Assembly (NCBI GenBank): GCA_963749495.1
Contig: CAVVMW010000001.1
Span: 352,001-416,000 of the forward strand
Direction of reading: 5' to 3'
Length of the DNA stretch: 64,000 nt
DNA from: an uncultured bacterium
Lineage (GTDB): Bacteria > Verrucomicrobiota > Verrucomicrobiia > Limisphaerales > UBA8199
Shown: piece after piece, positions 1 to 10,582 of the stretch
How the letters are laid out: each line of letters starts with the position of its first letter
Numbering within the stretch: the first letter of the stretch is position 1
Translations under genes and position numbers: made by a program
The notes under the pieces: generated by a model
Seen by the model: the letters and a program-made list of their open reading frames with translations, nothing else
Database searches by the model: none
Told to the model about the DNA's origin: nothing

Positions 1-2
1 TT

Positions 3-192
3 TGCCCCGAAGGGGCTTCCGACAATAGCCCGGCGTTTCAACGCCGGGTGAGCGGACCCAAGGAGCAGCTCCGTCCCGAAGGGACGGTTGAAAGCCAGGA
101 GCGTTCTCAGTCGTCCCTTCGGGACGAGGGGTCCCTTGTGTGGCCTCCCCGGCGTTGAAACGCCGGGCTATTGTCAGATGTCCCTCCGGGAC
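3..192. repeat. REP/BIME-like ~190-bp palindromic element, family A (copies at 20392-20582 and 38630-38838)
   Basis: Arms 'aatagcccggcgtttcaacgccggg' / 'cccggcgttgaaacgccgggctatt' plus internal 'gtcccgaagggac' hairpins; three similar intergenic copies. Confidence 0.85.
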
Positions 193-325
193 AGAACTCC
201 CGAGGCGCACGCCCGACGCTTTTATCGCACCCCGCCACTCTGGTTCCGTCGTTGAGGCGGGGCAAGGCATTCTTCCCTGCGGTCTAACCTTGCCAGCCGG
301 GGTGGTGACTTGATACCCTGCGGGC

Positions 326-2923
326 ATGGCGCGTAAGACAGCCAGTGACGCGGACTCTCCGCGCGGGTTCAACGACATCATCGGCATCGTCCTGATGGCG
401 CTTGCGGTGCTGTTGCTGGCGGCGCTGCTGTCCTACGACCCCCATGATGTGGCGGCGAACATCGTGCCGCCGAACCCCTCGGCGCGGAATTGGATTGGGC
501 CGTTTGGCGCGCATCTGGCCTGTTACTCGTTTCTTGCCGCCGGCGCGGCGGCTTATGTGCTGCCGGTGCTGGGGCTCTTTGTCGGGCTGGGCTGCTTTTT
601 CCAGTCGTTTTCTTATCTGCGGCGGCGCTGGCTCTGGACGGTGATCCTGTTCCTGTGTTGCGCCGGCCTCCTGGATCTCTATAGCGACCAACTGCCCGGT
701 CTCCAGGCGCGGCTGGGGCTGGTCGGCGGCGTCCTGGGCGAGGCCCTGAACCGGCATCTCTTCGCCTACTTCGGCACGCCAGGGGCGACGATCCTCTTCC
801 TGATGCTCTATTTCATCAGCCTGCTCTTTCTGACGAATTTCCAACTGGGCGAGTGGCTGCGCGGTCTCTTGAGCAAGCGGGCCGCCGCCGCCGCCGCGGC
901 GGGGAGCCAGGAGGAGCCCCTCGAACACCGCGCGCGCGAGTTGCAGAAGCAGGCCCAGAAATTGCAGGAAGAGGTGGCCCGCTCCGGCCTGGGCGCCGAT
1001 CTCCAGCCCGTGCCCGAGCCTACCGTGCGCGACCTGAGCGTCCCGCAGACCAAGCCCGGCCAGGGGACCCGCGCCGGGAAGGGGGGCAAGACCGAACCGA
1101 GCGGGGCCGACGGCGAGGTCATCCCTGCCCACGAGGTTGCCGCCGCCACGACGGGCGACGTCCTTGGAAAGAAGCCCGAGGCGGGCGGCAAGCCCTCCGA
1201 GGCCGGCCCCGAGCCGCCTGCCCTCGCCAACGGCGACGGCAAGGCCGAGGGCCCCGAATCCGAGGCGCTCCCGGCGGCGGCCGGCGCCAAACCCAAGCTC
1301 ATGCCCAGGAAACCCAAGCCCATCGCCGTGGCGGCCGCCCCGATGATCGGCAACTACCAATTGCCTCCCCTGGACTTCCTCCAGCACCCCGACGCGACGC
1401 TCAAACCGACCGAATCCAAGGAAGAGCTGATGGCCAATGCGCGGCTCATGCAGCAGACCCTGGCGCAATTCGACATCGAGGTCTCGCTCGGGGACATCAC
1501 CAAGGGCCCGACCATCACGCGCTACGAGTTGCACCCGGCGCCGGGCGTGAAGCTGGAAAAGATCAGCGCCCTGGGCAACAACATCGCAGCGGCCCTCAAG
1601 GCCGAACGCATTCACATCCTGGCGCCGGTGCCGGGCAAGAGCTCGGTGGGCGTCGAGGTCCCCAATGCCATCAAGACCAAGGTCATCCTGCGCGACCTGC
1701 TCGAGTCCGAGGAATGGCGCGGCACCAAGGCGCGCATCCCGCTGGCCCTGGGCAAGGACGTTTATGGCAACCCCATCATGGCCGACCTGGCCGAGATGCC
1801 CCACCTGCTCATCGCCGGCAGCACCGGCTCCGGCAAATCCGTCTGCATCAATTCCATCATCACCTCGCTCCTTTACCGGTTCCCACCCGACCAACTCCGG
1901 TTTGTCATGATCGATCCCAAAGTGGTCGAACTGCAGCAATACAACTTGCTGCCCCACCTGGTGGTGCCCGTCGTGACCGACCCCAAGAAGGTCATCCTCG
2001 CCCTGCGCTGGGTCGTCAGCGAGATGGAGAAACGCTACCAGATCTTCGCCCGCGTGGGCGTGCGCAATATCGGCTCGTTCAACTCCAGACCCAAGGACAA
2101 GCCGCTGCCCCCGCGCGAACCGGAACTGCCCCTGATGGCCCGGAAGGAAAAGGTCGAGCCCGGCGCCGACGGCTTCGCCGTCGAGGTCGACGAGGAGATC
2201 GTCGTGCCGCGCGAGGAGGACATCGTCATCCCGGAGAAACTCAGCTACATCGTGGTCATCGTGGACGAGCTGGCCGACCTCATGCTCGTGGCGCCGGCGG
2301 ACGTTGAGATGGCCATCGCCCGCATCACGCAGATGGCGCGCGCCGCCGGCATCCACTGCATCCTCGCCACCCAGCGGCCCAGCGTTGATGTCATCACCGG
2401 GGTCATCAAGGCCAACATCCCCGCCCGCATCGCCTTCCAAGTGGCCGCCAAGGTCGATTCGCGCACGATTCTCGATGCCATGGGGGCCGACAAGCTCCTG
2501 GGCAAAGGCGACATGCTCTACCTGCCGCCCGGCTCCGCCAAACTCATTCGCGCCCAGGGCGCCCTCATCACCGACCAGGAAATCCAGAGCCTCGTCGAGT
2601 TCATCGCCAAACAGGGCAAACCCAGCTACGAGATGGAAATCCACCAGCAACTCTCCAGGCCCTCCAACGGGTTTGAGGACGAGAGCGCCTGCGACGAGGA
2701 CCAAGAACTCATCGAACAGTGCATCGAGGTCATTCGCAGCGAACAAAAGGCCAGCGTCTCGCTGCTCCAGCGCCGCCTTCGCCTGGGCTACGGCCGCGCC
2801 GCCCGCATCATGGATGAACTGGAGAACCGCGGCATTGTCGGCCCCAGCAAAGGCGCCGAGCCGCGCGACATCCTGATCGATCTCGACGGCCAAGGCGCCG
2901 ACGGGCGACCCAAGGGGGAATAG
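326..2923 (+). CDS. ftsK: DNA translocase FtsK/SpoIIIE
   Basis: N-terminal TM segments, Pro/Ala linker, Walker A GSTGSGKS, MIDPK, Walker B IVDELAD, ATQRPS, gamma domain SLLQRRLRLGYGRAARIMDELE. Confidence 0.97.
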   Translation: MARKTASDADSPRGFNDIIGIVLMALAVLLLAALLSYDPHDVAANIVPPNPSARNWIGPFGAHLACYSFLAAGAAAYVLPVLGLFVGLGCFFQSFSYLRRRWLWTVILFLCCAGLLDLYSDQLPGLQARLGLVGGVLGEALNRHLFAYFGTPGATILFLMLYFISLLFLTNFQLGEWLRGLLSKRAAAAAAAGSQEEPLEHRARELQKQAQKLQEEVARSGLGADLQPVPEPTVRDLSVPQTKPGQGTRAGKGGKTEPSGADGEVIPAHEVAAATTGDVLGKKPEAGGKPSEAGPEPPALANGDGKAEGPESEALPAAAGAKPKLMPRKPKPIAVAAAPMIGNYQLPPLDFLQHPDATLKPTESKEELMANARLMQQTLAQFDIEVSLGDITKGPTITRYELHPAPGVKLEKISALGNNIAAALKAERIHILAPVPGKSSVGVEVPNAIKTKVILRDLLESEEWRGTKARIPLALGKDVYGNPIMADLAEMPHLLIAGSTGSGKSVCINSIITSLLYRFPPDQLRFVMIDPKVVELQQYNLLPHLVVPVVTDPKKVILALRWVVSEMEKRYQIFARVGVRNIGSFNSRPKDKPLPPREPELPLMARKEKVEPGADGFAVEVDEEIVVPREEDIVIPEKLSYIVVIVDELADLMLVAPADVEMAIARITQMARAAGIHCILATQRPSVDVITGVIKANIPARIAFQVAAKVDSRTILDAMGADKLLGKGDMLYLPPGSAKLIRAQGALITDQEIQSLVEFIAKQGKPSYEMEIHQQLSRPSNGFEDESACDEDQELIEQCIEVIRSEQKASVSLLQRRLRLGYGRAARIMDELENRGIVGPSKGAEPRDILIDLDGQGADGRPKGE

Positions 2924-3135
2924 AGACCTTCGTCGCAACCTTTGTCGCAACCTTTGTCGAAAATTAACCCCCGGACGTAATGCCTCAGAAGGTGTGAAAA
3001 AATGCCAAAACGGGTATCATCTATGAAAACACCCCTCTGTTTTCCTGGGGATTTTTGAGGATTTTTTCGGTCCTTGGCGCTGGAAATCGATTTTTTCACA
3101 CCTTCTCAAGGAAGGCGGGAGCGGCACCACGGGCA

Positions 3136-3284
3136 GACCCCTCACCCCGACCCTCTCCCCTTCCGAAGGGGAGAGGGAGGCTTTTTGGCAGCGGCTTGAG
3201 AAACCGGAGACGCCTGGAATTCCCAGAGACTGCCGAGGCTTCTCCCTCTCCCCTTCGGAAGGGGAGAGGGCTGGGGTGAGGGGT
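3136..3284. repeat. REP-like palindrome family B (CCCTCACCCC...GGGGAGAGGG); copies at 19695-19843 and 57123-57322
   Basis: Inverted arms 'cccctcaccccgaccctctcccc' / 'ggggagagggctggggtgagggg', lying downstream of genes. Confidence 0.85.
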
Positions 3285-3354
3285 TCGCCGGGGACTCCGT
3301 TTCCGGCCTCACTGACCGATTACCGGAAAAGGTTGAGACAAAGGCGTCCCCGGA

Positions 3355-4155
3355 TCAACCCTTGCCCGCCCCCAGCCCCTTGAGGAACGGCGTGAACAGG
3401 TCGATGGGCACCGGGAGGAAGGTGGTCGTATTGTGCTCGCTGGAGATCTCGCGCATGGTCTGGAGGAAGCGCAGTTGGAGGGCGATGGGCTCTTTGCCGA
3501 TCAGGGCGGCGGCCTGCACCATTTTCTCGGCGGCTTGGAATTCGCCCTCGGCGTTGACGATCTTCGCGCGGCGCTCGCGTTCGGCCTCGGCTTGTTTGGC
3601 CATCGCCCGCTTCATGCTGTCGGGCAGCGCCACGTCTTTGACCTCGACGGCGGTGACCTTGACGCCCCACGGCTCGGTTTGGCGGTCGATAATCTCCTGC
3701 AACTTCTGATTGATCACATCGCGTTGCGAGAGCAGGTCGTCCAACGAGGCCTGGCCCAGGACGCTCCGCAGGGTGGTCTGCGCAATGAGCGAAGTCGCCT
3801 TCCAGAAATTCTCGACCTTCACCACGGAAGCGATGGGATCGACGACCCGGAAATAGACCACCGCGTCCACCGTCGCGGGCACGTTGTCGCGGGTCATGAT
3901 TTCTTGCTTCGAAACGTTGATGGTGACCACCCGCAGGTCCATCTTCACCATCTTGTCGATGACGGGCCAGAGCAGGATCAGCCCCGGCCCCTTGGCCCCG
4001 AGCAGCTTGCCGAGGCGGAAGATGACCCCGCGCTCGTACTCGCGCAGGATGCGAATGGCCTGGGGCAGCACAATCGCCGCCAAAACAACCAACGCTGCGA
4101 TCCAACCGGTCAGGTTGGCCAGTCTGTGTGCTGCATCTTCCAATACGGGGGGCAT
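3355..4155 (-). CDS. SPFH/band-7 (stomatin-like, slipin) protein
   Basis: [41 protein letters not shown]; start could be 4155 or 4197. Confidence 0.93.
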   Translation of the reverse strand: MPPVLEDAAHRLANLTGWIAALVVLAAIVLPQAIRILREYERGVIFRLGKLLGAKGPGLILLWPVIDKMVKMDLRVVTINVSKQEIMTRDNVPATVDAVVYFRVVDPIASVVKVENFWKATSLIAQTTLRSVLGQASLDDLLSQRDVINQKLQEIIDRQTEPWGVKVTAVEVKDVALPDSMKRAMAKQAEAERERRAKIVNAEGEFQAAEKMVQAAALIGKEPIALQLRFLQTMREISSEHNTTTFLPVPIDLFTPFLKGLGAGKG

Positions 4156-4235
4156 AGTCTTGATTCCGGGTTGAGAGCCCATCGGTGGGGCAGGCATCCT
4201 GCCTGCCCTGCAGCGATGGGCTCCGTGGGTTTAGT

Positions 4236-5537
4236 TCACGCGCTTTTGGGTTTTACTTTCAAAGTCAGTCCGTCAATGCCGACGATCTCGACCGGCTGGC
4301 CTGCCTCGACGGGGACATCGCTTCGGGCATTCCAGTATTCGCCTTCCACGAAGACCTTGCCGCTGTTCGAGTCAATGGGCTCGAGGGCCGGGACGGTCTT
4401 GCCCAGCATCGTCTCCTTGCCCGCGCGCACGGGCAGGAATTGCGCCCGCAGCCCGGCGCCGACAATAAAGATGAAGAATGCCGCCGTCAGGAGTGTCGCC
4501 GGGATGATATACGCCAGCGAGAGGCGAAAGGCGGGGTCCGAACGGTTGAACACCATCACCGCCCCGAGGAAGAACGAGACGATGCCGCCGAAGGTCAGCA
4601 CGCCGTGGGTGGGGGCGAAGATGTCGATGATGAACAATGCCATGGCCAGGAGAATCAGCGCCAACCCGGCCACATTGACCGGCAGGCTGGCGGACATATA
4701 GAGCAGGAGGATGAGGGCAATGCCCCCGACCACGCCGGGCAGGATGGCGCCCGGATTGCTCAACTCACCGATGATCCCGTAAATGGCGGCCAGCATGAGC
4801 ACCAACATCACCTCGGGCCGCCAGAACAGTTGGAAGAGCTTCTCCCGGAGGACCATCGGGATGTCCACCACCCTCGCGCCGGCAGTCACAAGGGTCTTGC
4901 CGTTGACAGTGCGCCCCTGGAGCTTGCCGAGCAGGTCGGGCAGGTTCTTGGCGAGCAGGTCGATGACCTTGAGCTCGAGGGCCTTCTCCGAGGTGATGGA
5001 CGCGCTCTCGCGGACGGCGGACATGGCCCACTCGGCGTTGCGCCCGCGCTTCTCGGCGATGGCCTCGATGGAACTGCTGGCGAAATTCTCCAGCTTCTGC
5101 TTCATCACGTCGTCGAGTTTCTCGCCGGCCCCGCCCAGCGCCAGGACCGGGTGGGCGGCGCCGATGCTGGTATTGGGGGCCATCGCCGCAATGTCCGCGG
5201 CCATGGTGATGAAACACCCGGCGCTGGTCGCGCTGGCCCCGGACGGCGCGACATAGACCACTGTCGGGACGGGCGAGGCGTAGAATTTCTGGACGATCTG
5301 CTTGGTGGATTCGAGCAGCCCGCCCGGGGTGTCCAGTTGAATCACCAGGCAGGCGTCATCGCGGGCGCCCGCCAGGTCAATGGCGCGCGCAATGTAACTG
5401 GCCGTGGCCAGCCCGATCGCGCCATCGATCTTGATCAAGCTCACGTCGGCGGCCCGCGCACTGGCCGCCGCCCCGCTCACCAGCGCCGCCGCCAGGATGA
5501 TCACCCAGGATCTCATATTGTCCGCGTTCTGCCTCAC
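4236..5537 (-). CDS. nfeD: NfeD family membrane-bound ClpP-class serine protease
   Basis: LDTPGGL, SAG, APNTSIGAAHPV, TM region, C-terminal OB fold (GKVFVEGEYWNA); typical partner of the SPFH gene. Confidence 0.93.
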   Translation of the reverse strand: MRQNADNMRSWVIILAAALVSGAAASARAADVSLIKIDGAIGLATASYIARAIDLAGARDDACLVIQLDTPGGLLESTKQIVQKFYASPVPTVVYVAPSGASATSAGCFITMAADIAAMAPNTSIGAAHPVLALGGAGEKLDDVMKQKLENFASSSIEAIAEKRGRNAEWAMSAVRESASITSEKALELKVIDLLAKNLPDLLGKLQGRTVNGKTLVTAGARVVDIPMVLREKLFQLFWRPEVMLVLMLAAIYGIIGELSNPGAILPGVVGGIALILLLYMSASLPVNVAGLALILLAMALFIIDIFAPTHGVLTFGGIVSFFLGAVMVFNRSDPAFRLSLAYIIPATLLTAAFFIFIVGAGLRAQFLPVRAGKETMLGKTVPALEPIDSNSGKVFVEGEYWNARSDVPVEAGQPVEIVGIDGLTLKVKPKSA

Positions 5538-5604
5538 ACTATCAGACCTGGCCCAAAGCGCAACGAGTATTCACTGTTGTCACCGGCGCAGCTAAGCCCG
5601 CCAG

Positions 5605-5687
5605 GTTTGGACTGGGCCAGTCCTCTGGCGCTTTCGTGTTCCCAGGGTCCAAAAAGCGCCAGAGGACTGGCGCAGTCCAAAACGCTT
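5605..5687. repeat. Palindrome family C (ttttggactgcg...cgcagtccaaaacgc); related copies near 24108, 24231, 31666-31768 and 52053-52134
   Basis: Inverted repeat 'tttggactgggccagtcctctggcgcttt' / 'aaagcgccagaggactggcgcagtccaaa'. Confidence 0.8.
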
Positions 5688-5731
5688 CGCAACGTCTGCC
5701 GCGCTCTGACGCCCCCACGCTCCGGCGCGCC

Positions 5732-6890
5732 TCACACCGGCAGCATGTCGACCACCCGGTCCAGTTCAGCGTTAGTGTTGTAAAAATGAGGCGAGAGGCG
5801 GATGTATTTCCGGCCGGAGCGTTCGGTGCGCAAGGAGGTGACGATAGCGGCGTCGAGCAGTTTGCGGTGCAGGGCGGGGAGGTCGGCGCCGGGGATGTCA
5901 AAGGAGACGATGCCGCTGCCGTTTTCGGACGGGGCGTCGGGGTGCAGGACGGAGCAGCCCTTGGCCTGCAAGGCGGCCAGCAGGCGCGCCCGTTTGCGCA
6001 GCACCTCCCGCGCGATGGCCTCCACGCCCACCTCCAGCAGCAGCTCCATCCCCTGGATCAGGCCGACCAGGCCCAGCAGGTTGTAAGTGCCCGCCTCGTA
6101 TTTCTGGGCGCCGGGGCGCAGGACCAACTGTTCCTGGGCGACGAAATCCGGGCAGCGCACATTGTTCCATCCGTAAATGGGCGGGTTGAGCCGCTCCTGG
6201 ACCGAGCGCCGCACATACATGAGGCCCGCGCCGCAAGGACCCAGCAGCCACTTGTGCGCGTCCGCCGCCAGCAGGTCCACGTGCTCGGTCCTCAACGGGA
6301 AGGCCCCCAGGGTCTGGATGGCGTCCACGCAAAAGAGGATGTTGCGAGCGCGCAGGAATTGGCCGATGGCCTCCAGGTCGATGCGGTAACCGCTGATGAA
6401 ATGGCACGACGCCAGCGCCACCAGCCGCGTGTTCTCGTCCACCTGCCCCATGATGTCCTGGGGCCGGATCAACCCCAGCCCACGCGTGTTGAGCAGCCGC
6501 ACCTCCACTCCCCGCTCCGCCAGCGCCATCCACGGATAGACGTTCGAGGGATAATCATCGAAATAGACCAGGAGATTGTCGTGCCGCCGGAACTTGAGGC
6601 CGCTGGCCATGAAGCTCAGCGCCAGCGACGTGGGCCCCACCAAGGCGACTTCATCGGTCTGGCATTGGAGCAACTGCGACGCCACCCGCCGCCCGTGCTC
6701 CAGGATTTGTGGATAGATGAAAGACTCCTGGTCGCCCGTGGCCGCCTCCAGGGCGTAGCGCGACACCGCCTGGGCGACGCGCCGTGGCAGCGGGCAGACC
6801 CCCGCGTGAGCCAGAAAGACCTTCTCGCGGACCACCGGGAACTCGCCCCGGCGCAGACTCTTCATTGGCCAATACTTCCGTCAATGTCAC
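5732..6890 (-). CDS. Class V PLP-dependent aminotransferase (cysteine desulfurase/selenocysteine lyase-like)
   Basis: VDAIQTLG, DAHKWLLGP (PLP Lys), RLSPHFYNT; the likely N-terminus GTG-TLTEVLANEE at 6890 joins the main ORF via a 1-nt frameshift near 6857. Confidence 0.88.
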
Positions 6891-6943
6891 GGCCTGAAGG
6901 TAAACAATGCAGGGGAAACTGCAACTCGGCCGGAGAATGGGGG

Positions 6944-7125
6944 GAATGACGAATGACGAATGACGAATGACGAAGGACGAATGACGAATGACGAAGGACG
7001 AATGACGAATGACGAATGACGAATGACGAATGACGAATGACGAATGTAGCGTCCCTTTCGTCGCTTTTGTCCCTTTTGTCCCTTTTGTCCCTTGGTTCGT
7101 CATTCGTCATTCGTCATTCGTCATT
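6944..7125. repeat. Heptamer microsatellite (GAATGAC)n with inverted (GTCATTC)n; also at 8020-8056, 20280-20316, 22860-22960, 25797-25838
   Basis: Directly visible tandem units. Confidence 0.95.
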
Positions 7126-7158
7126 GACCCCGCCCCTCCGGTCGGCTAAAACGGCGCC

Positions 7159-8013
7159 ATGATCCATATAGGAATCCACACCGATAACTGGCGGCCGCTG
7201 AGCATCGGGTTCGAGGCCGCCTGCCAGAAGGTTGCCGCCACCGGGCTCAAGCACATCGAGTTCTGCTCGATTCACGGCCAGAACTTCATCGCCGCTCTGG
7301 GGTATGACCCGGGCGTTTCCCTCCAATCCAATCCCCGCGCCATCCGGCGGTTCCTGGACAAGCTGGGGCTGGTGGTCTCCCAGATCGATGGCTCCTATCC
7401 GATGATGGGGCCCAACGGCTCGGCCTACGGCGTCCAGTATGTGACCCAGACCATTCGTTTTGCGGCGGAGTTGGGCTGCCCGATGGTCAATACGGTGGAC
7501 GGCGCGTTCGAGACGCCGGGGTTGAGCCGCAAAGAGGTCTTCCGCATCACCTGCGACAACTACCGCCAATGCCTGGCCTGGGCGGAGGACTACCAGATCA
7601 CTATCAACGTCGAGCCCCACGGCCCTTATACGAACGACATCCAGTTCATGCAGGACCTCTTCCAGAGCCTGAACTCCCAGTACCTCCGCTGCAACTTCGA
7701 CACGGGCAATACCTTCATTGCCGGCCACAACCCCCTCGATTACCTCAAGGCCCTCCGCAAATACGTCGTCCATTGCCACATCAAGGATGTCAGTCCTGCC
7801 CTGGCGGCCGCGGTGCGCGGCGAGGAAACCGGCATCGGCAGCTCCGAGGTCCACGTCGGCGGCGGCGTCAACGCCGACAACATCCACGCCTGCCTCGCCT
7901 ACCTCCACCAGACCGGCTGGGAGGGCGTCGTGTCGCTGGAGTGCAGCGGCACCGACGAAAACACGCGCAAGAGCGTCGAGTGGATTACGGGGGTGGTGAA
8001 GGCGCTGGGGTAA
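7159..8013 (+). CDS. Sugar phosphate isomerase/epimerase (xylose isomerase-like TIM barrel, AP endonuclease 2 family)
   Basis: Metal motifs VEPH, NFDTGN, HCHIKD, SLE. Confidence 0.88.
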   Translation: MIHIGIHTDNWRPLSIGFEAACQKVAATGLKHIEFCSIHGQNFIAALGYDPGVSLQSNPRAIRRFLDKLGLVVSQIDGSYPMMGPNGSAYGVQYVTQTIRFAAELGCPMVNTVDGAFETPGLSRKEVFRITCDNYRQCLAWAEDYQITINVEPHGPYTNDIQFMQDLFQSLNSQYLRCNFDTGNTFIAGHNPLDYLKALRKYVVHCHIKDVSPALAAAVRGEETGIGSSEVHVGGGVNADNIHACLAYLHQTGWEGVVSLECSGTDENTRKSVEWITGVVKALG

Positions 8014-8049
8014 GGGGAGGAATGACGAATGACGAATGACGAATGACGA

Positions 8050-9000
8050 ATGACGAGTGTCAACCATCAGGGGGCGCGCGAGATCTTTCACCGGTTGGCC
8101 GCCAACATCGCGCGGGTCATGCGCGGCCAGGCGGGTTCGACCCGCAAGCTCCTGGCCGCCCTGGCCAGCGGCGGGCACGTCCTGCTGGAGGACTTCCCTG
8201 GCACGGGCAAGACCACGCTGGCCAAGGCCCTGGCCCGCTCGATTGACGCCCAGTTCAAGCGCATCCAGTTCACGCCCGACTTGCTGCCCTCGGACATCCT
8301 GGGCGTGTCGGTCTTCAGCCAGCGCGACCAGCAGTTCCATTTTCACGAGGGGCCGGTCTTCACCAACATCCTCCTGGCCGATGAGATCAACCGGGCGTCG
8401 CCCCGCACGCAATCGGCCCTGCTGGAGGCCATGGGCGAGCGGCAGGTGAGCGTGGACGGCGCCCGGCGCGACCTGGCGGAGCTGTTTTTTGTCATCGCCA
8501 CAGAGAACCCGGTCGAGTTCCGCGGCACCTACCCGCTGCCCGAGGCGCAGATGGACCGGTTTGCGATGCAATTCACCCTGGGCTATGTGCCCTCGGCCGA
8601 AGAAGTGGCTATCCTCAGCGCGCAGGAGTTCAATCACCCCCTGGACGAACTGCAGCCCTGCGCCACGCTGGCGGAGCTCCTCGCCCTCAAACGCGCCGTC
8701 CAGCAGGTGCGGATGAGCCAGGAACTCAAGCGCTACACGGTGGACCTGGTCGGCGCCACCCGCTCGGCCCCGGGCGTCCAACTGGGCGCCAGTCCCCGCG
8801 CCTCGATCAGCCTCATGAAGGCCGCGCAAGCCCTGGCCCTCTTCGACGGCCTGGACTTCGTCGCCCCCGAGCAGATCCAGGAGTTGGCCGTGCCCGCCAT
8901 CGCGCACCGCCTGGTGATGGAGCCGCAGGCGCGCTTCTCCGGCCAGACCGCGCAGCGCGTGGTGGAGGACGTGCTCAAGAAGATTAAGGTGCCGGCGTAG
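8050..9000 (+). CDS. MoxR family AAA+ ATPase
   Basis: EDFPGTGKT, RIQFTPDLLPSD, LADEINRASPRTQSALLE, GTYPLPEAQMDRF. Confidence 0.96.
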   Translation: MTSVNHQGAREIFHRLAANIARVMRGQAGSTRKLLAALASGGHVLLEDFPGTGKTTLAKALARSIDAQFKRIQFTPDLLPSDILGVSVFSQRDQQFHFHEGPVFTNILLADEINRASPRTQSALLEAMGERQVSVDGARRDLAELFFVIATENPVEFRGTYPLPEAQMDRFAMQFTLGYVPSAEEVAILSAQEFNHPLDELQPCATLAELLALKRAVQQVRMSQELKRYTVDLVGATRSAPGVQLGASPRASISLMKAAQALALFDGLDFVAPEQIQELAVPAIAHRLVMEPQARFSGQTAQRVVEDVLKKIKVPA

Positions 9001-9039
9001 CTTGAGCCCAAGGGCATGGTTTATGAAAGTGTAAGGCGC

Positions 9040-9193
9040 GAAACGTGATGCGTGAAACGTGATGCGTGAAACGTGAAACGTGAAACGTGAAATCTGACAC
9101 TTGAAATCTGAAACCTGAGACGGCCCCATGAGCTGCGATGACGCCCACGGCCACGCTTTGGGGAGGTTCACGTTTCACGTTTCACGTTTCACG
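9040..9193. repeat. Heptamer microsatellite (AAACGTG)n with inverted (CACGTTT)n
   Basis: Directly visible; the same unit occurs at 36750 and 53479-53527. Confidence 0.9.
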
Positions 9194-9213
9194 CATCCTG
9201 CATCACACCGTCT

Positions 9214-10580
9214 ATGAAGGTGCGCACGACATACCGTCCGCTTTTCGCGCTCCTCTATCGTCTCTACCGTTTGGGCACGGGGCTGTGGCGATGGGCGCAG
9301 CGGCGCTTTACGCCACCCGGCCTGGCGTTGGCGGCGGTGACGGTGGCGGCGATGGGGATGGGCCTGGACACGGACAGCAACATGGATTACCAGGCCTTCA
9401 TGCTGCTGGCGGGGTTATTGGCAGTGGCCGTGGCGTGCGGTTGGTGGTCGTTTCGAGGGCGTTTCTCCGCCACGCGGATGTTGCCCAGGTTCGGCACAGC
9501 CGGCGTGCCGCTCCACTACACGGTGCTGGTCAAGAACCTGGCCAACCGCACTCAGCGCGGGCTGACCCTGCTGGAGGACCTGGCGGACTCGAGGCCGTCG
9601 TTCCAGGACTGGCTGGCGGTCCAGCTTGATGATGAGAGACAACTCCGCTCGTTCCGGTTCAGCCAGCGCCGGCGCTTGAATCCTTTCAGGGCGGCGGTGC
9701 TCAAAGAAGCTGCTGTTCCTGCCGTGGCGCCCAACCAGGAGGTCGAGGTCCAGGTCGAGTTGACCCCGTTGCAGCGGGGGCTGTTGCGGCTCAGCGGCGT
9801 CACGCTGGCCAGCCCCGACCCGCTGGGCCTGTTTCGTGCCCTGTCCAAAGTGCCGCTGCCCCAGACCACGCTCATCCTGCCCAAACGCTACTTCCTGCCC
9901 CCCATCGCCCTGCCGGGCGCCATGAAATACCAGCAAGGCGGCGTCGCCCTCTCCTCCAGCGTTGGCCAGAGTGATGAGTTCGTTGCCCTGCGCGACTATC
10001 GCCAGGGTGATCCCATGCGCCATATCCACTGGCGGACATGGGCCAAGGCCGGCAAGCCGGTCGTCAAGGAGTTCGAAGACGAGTTTTTCGTCCGCCATGC
10101 CCTGGTGCTCGACACCTTCACCGATTCCTTGGCTCTCGATGTCTTCGAAGAGGCCGTGTCGGTCGCGGCCTCCTTTGCCTGCACCATCCAAACCCAGGAG
10201 TCGCTCCTGGACCTGTTGTTTGTGGGGACGGAGTCCTTCTGCTTCACGGCGGGACGCGGCCTGGCGCAGGCCGACCAGATGCTGGAGATCCTGGCCTCGG
10301 TGCGCCCCTGCCGCGACCGGCCCTTTAGCGCGCTCGAACACCTGGTGCTCGAGCGCATCAACGTCGTCAGCGGCTGCGTCTGCGTCTTGGTCGCCTGGGA
10401 CCCGCCGCGGCGGCAGTTCGTCGAGAAACTCAAGCTCCTGGGCGTGCCATTGCGGGTCCTGGTCATCGTGGCCCCGGGCGCCGCCGTCTCCCTCGACCCG
10501 GGCCCCTCAGGGACGAATCCGGCAGTTTCCGCGTCCTGGAGGTGGGCAAGGTCGAATCGGGCCTGGGCGCATTAGGATGA
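9214..10580 (+). CDS. DUF58 domain protein (MoxR operon)
   Basis: EFVALRDYRQGDPMRHIHWRTWAK...VVKEFE; probable 1-nt deletion near 10505 shifts the last ~25 codons (alternative tail LRDESGSFRVLEVGKVESGLGALG*). Confidence 0.9.
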
Positions 10581-10582
10581 TT

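Noticed and set aside
284..2950. 888-aa minus-strand ORF and similar long antisense ORFs (7114-9171, 28418-30061, 45263-46639)
   Set aside because: Shadow frames of GC-rich genes with clear motifs on the opposite strand
6651..7110. ORFs with SSFVIRH repeats
   Set aside because: Translation of the GTCATTC microsatellite, not a credible protein
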